DNA of 27,739 nt from Candidatus Methylomirabilia bacterium (GTDB taxonomy: Bacteria; Methylomirabilota; Methylomirabilia; Rokubacteriales; CSP1-6). This document shows positions 27,464 through 27,739 of the stretch, in pieces. The DNA lies in the NCBI GenBank assembly GCA_041492755.1, contig JBGPXN010000051.1, positions 1-27,739 of the forward strand. The letters are read 5' to 3'. Below the pieces are notes generated by a model. It did not search any database. It had not been told where the DNA came from and worked only from the letters and a program-made list of their open reading frames with translations. How positions within the stretch are numbered: the first letter of the stretch is position 1; every line of letters begins with the position of its first letter. The position numbers were made by a program, and so were the translations under genes.

Positions 27464-27739
27464 GACCGCCTCCATCGCCGCTCCGCTCCTCCTCATAATC
27501 GAGGATGACGCGCAGATCCGGCGTTTCCTGCGCGCGACGCTCACGGCGGAAGGGTTCCGGTTGCACGAGTCCGTGACGGCCGGCGACGGCGTGGCGCAGA
27601 CCTCAGCGCGCACACCCGATCTGGTGATACTCGACCTCGGCCTCCCCGACTTCGACGGGCTCGAGGTGATCCGCCAGGTCCGGTCCTGGAGCCAGGTGCC
27701 GATCTTGGTGCTTTCGGCGCGCGGCCAGGAGCGCGACAA
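27453..27739 (+). CDS. kdpE: KdpE response regulator, copy 2 (truncated by the window end)
   Basis: Manual translation from ATG 27453: MPAETASIAAPLLLIIEDDAQIRRFLRATL...PDLVILDLGLPDFDGLEVIRQVRSWSQVPILVLSARGQERD. Confidence 0.92.
   Translation, partial: MPAETASIAAPLLLIIEDDAQIRRFLRATLTAEGFRLHESVTAGDGVAQTSARTPDLVILDLGLPDFDGLEVIRQVRSWSQVPILVLSARGQERD

Overview
High-GC bacterial chromosomal window; the sequence style suggests Ca. Rokubacteria/Methylomirabilota (inference only). From left to right: the 5' end of a Tat-signal gene; a 131-bp element bounded by perfect 25-bp inverted repeats; a livG-livF ABC ATPase pair with no permease genes in the window; a Gfo/Idh/MocA oxidoreductase; the mreBCD-mrdA-rodA-rng cell-shape cluster, preceded by two sigma54-type motifs and followed by a small unknown ORF ending in QASLF; a CsoR-regulated copper efflux unit (csoR-copA-YHS-double DUF2889-like); a long PIMT-like methyltransferase of the RiPP-associated type; and a Kdp K+ uptake locus. 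The Kdp locus is kdpE-kdpD <- -> small ORF-kdpF-kdpA-kdpB-kdpC-kdpD-kdpE, so it has two kdpDE pairs and two small membrane peptides missing from the ORF track. A codon-usage shift inside kdpB suggests a mosaic or chimeric right end. No rRNA, tRNA, CRISPR array or transposase was seen. All family assignments come from reading motifs by eye, not from database searches.
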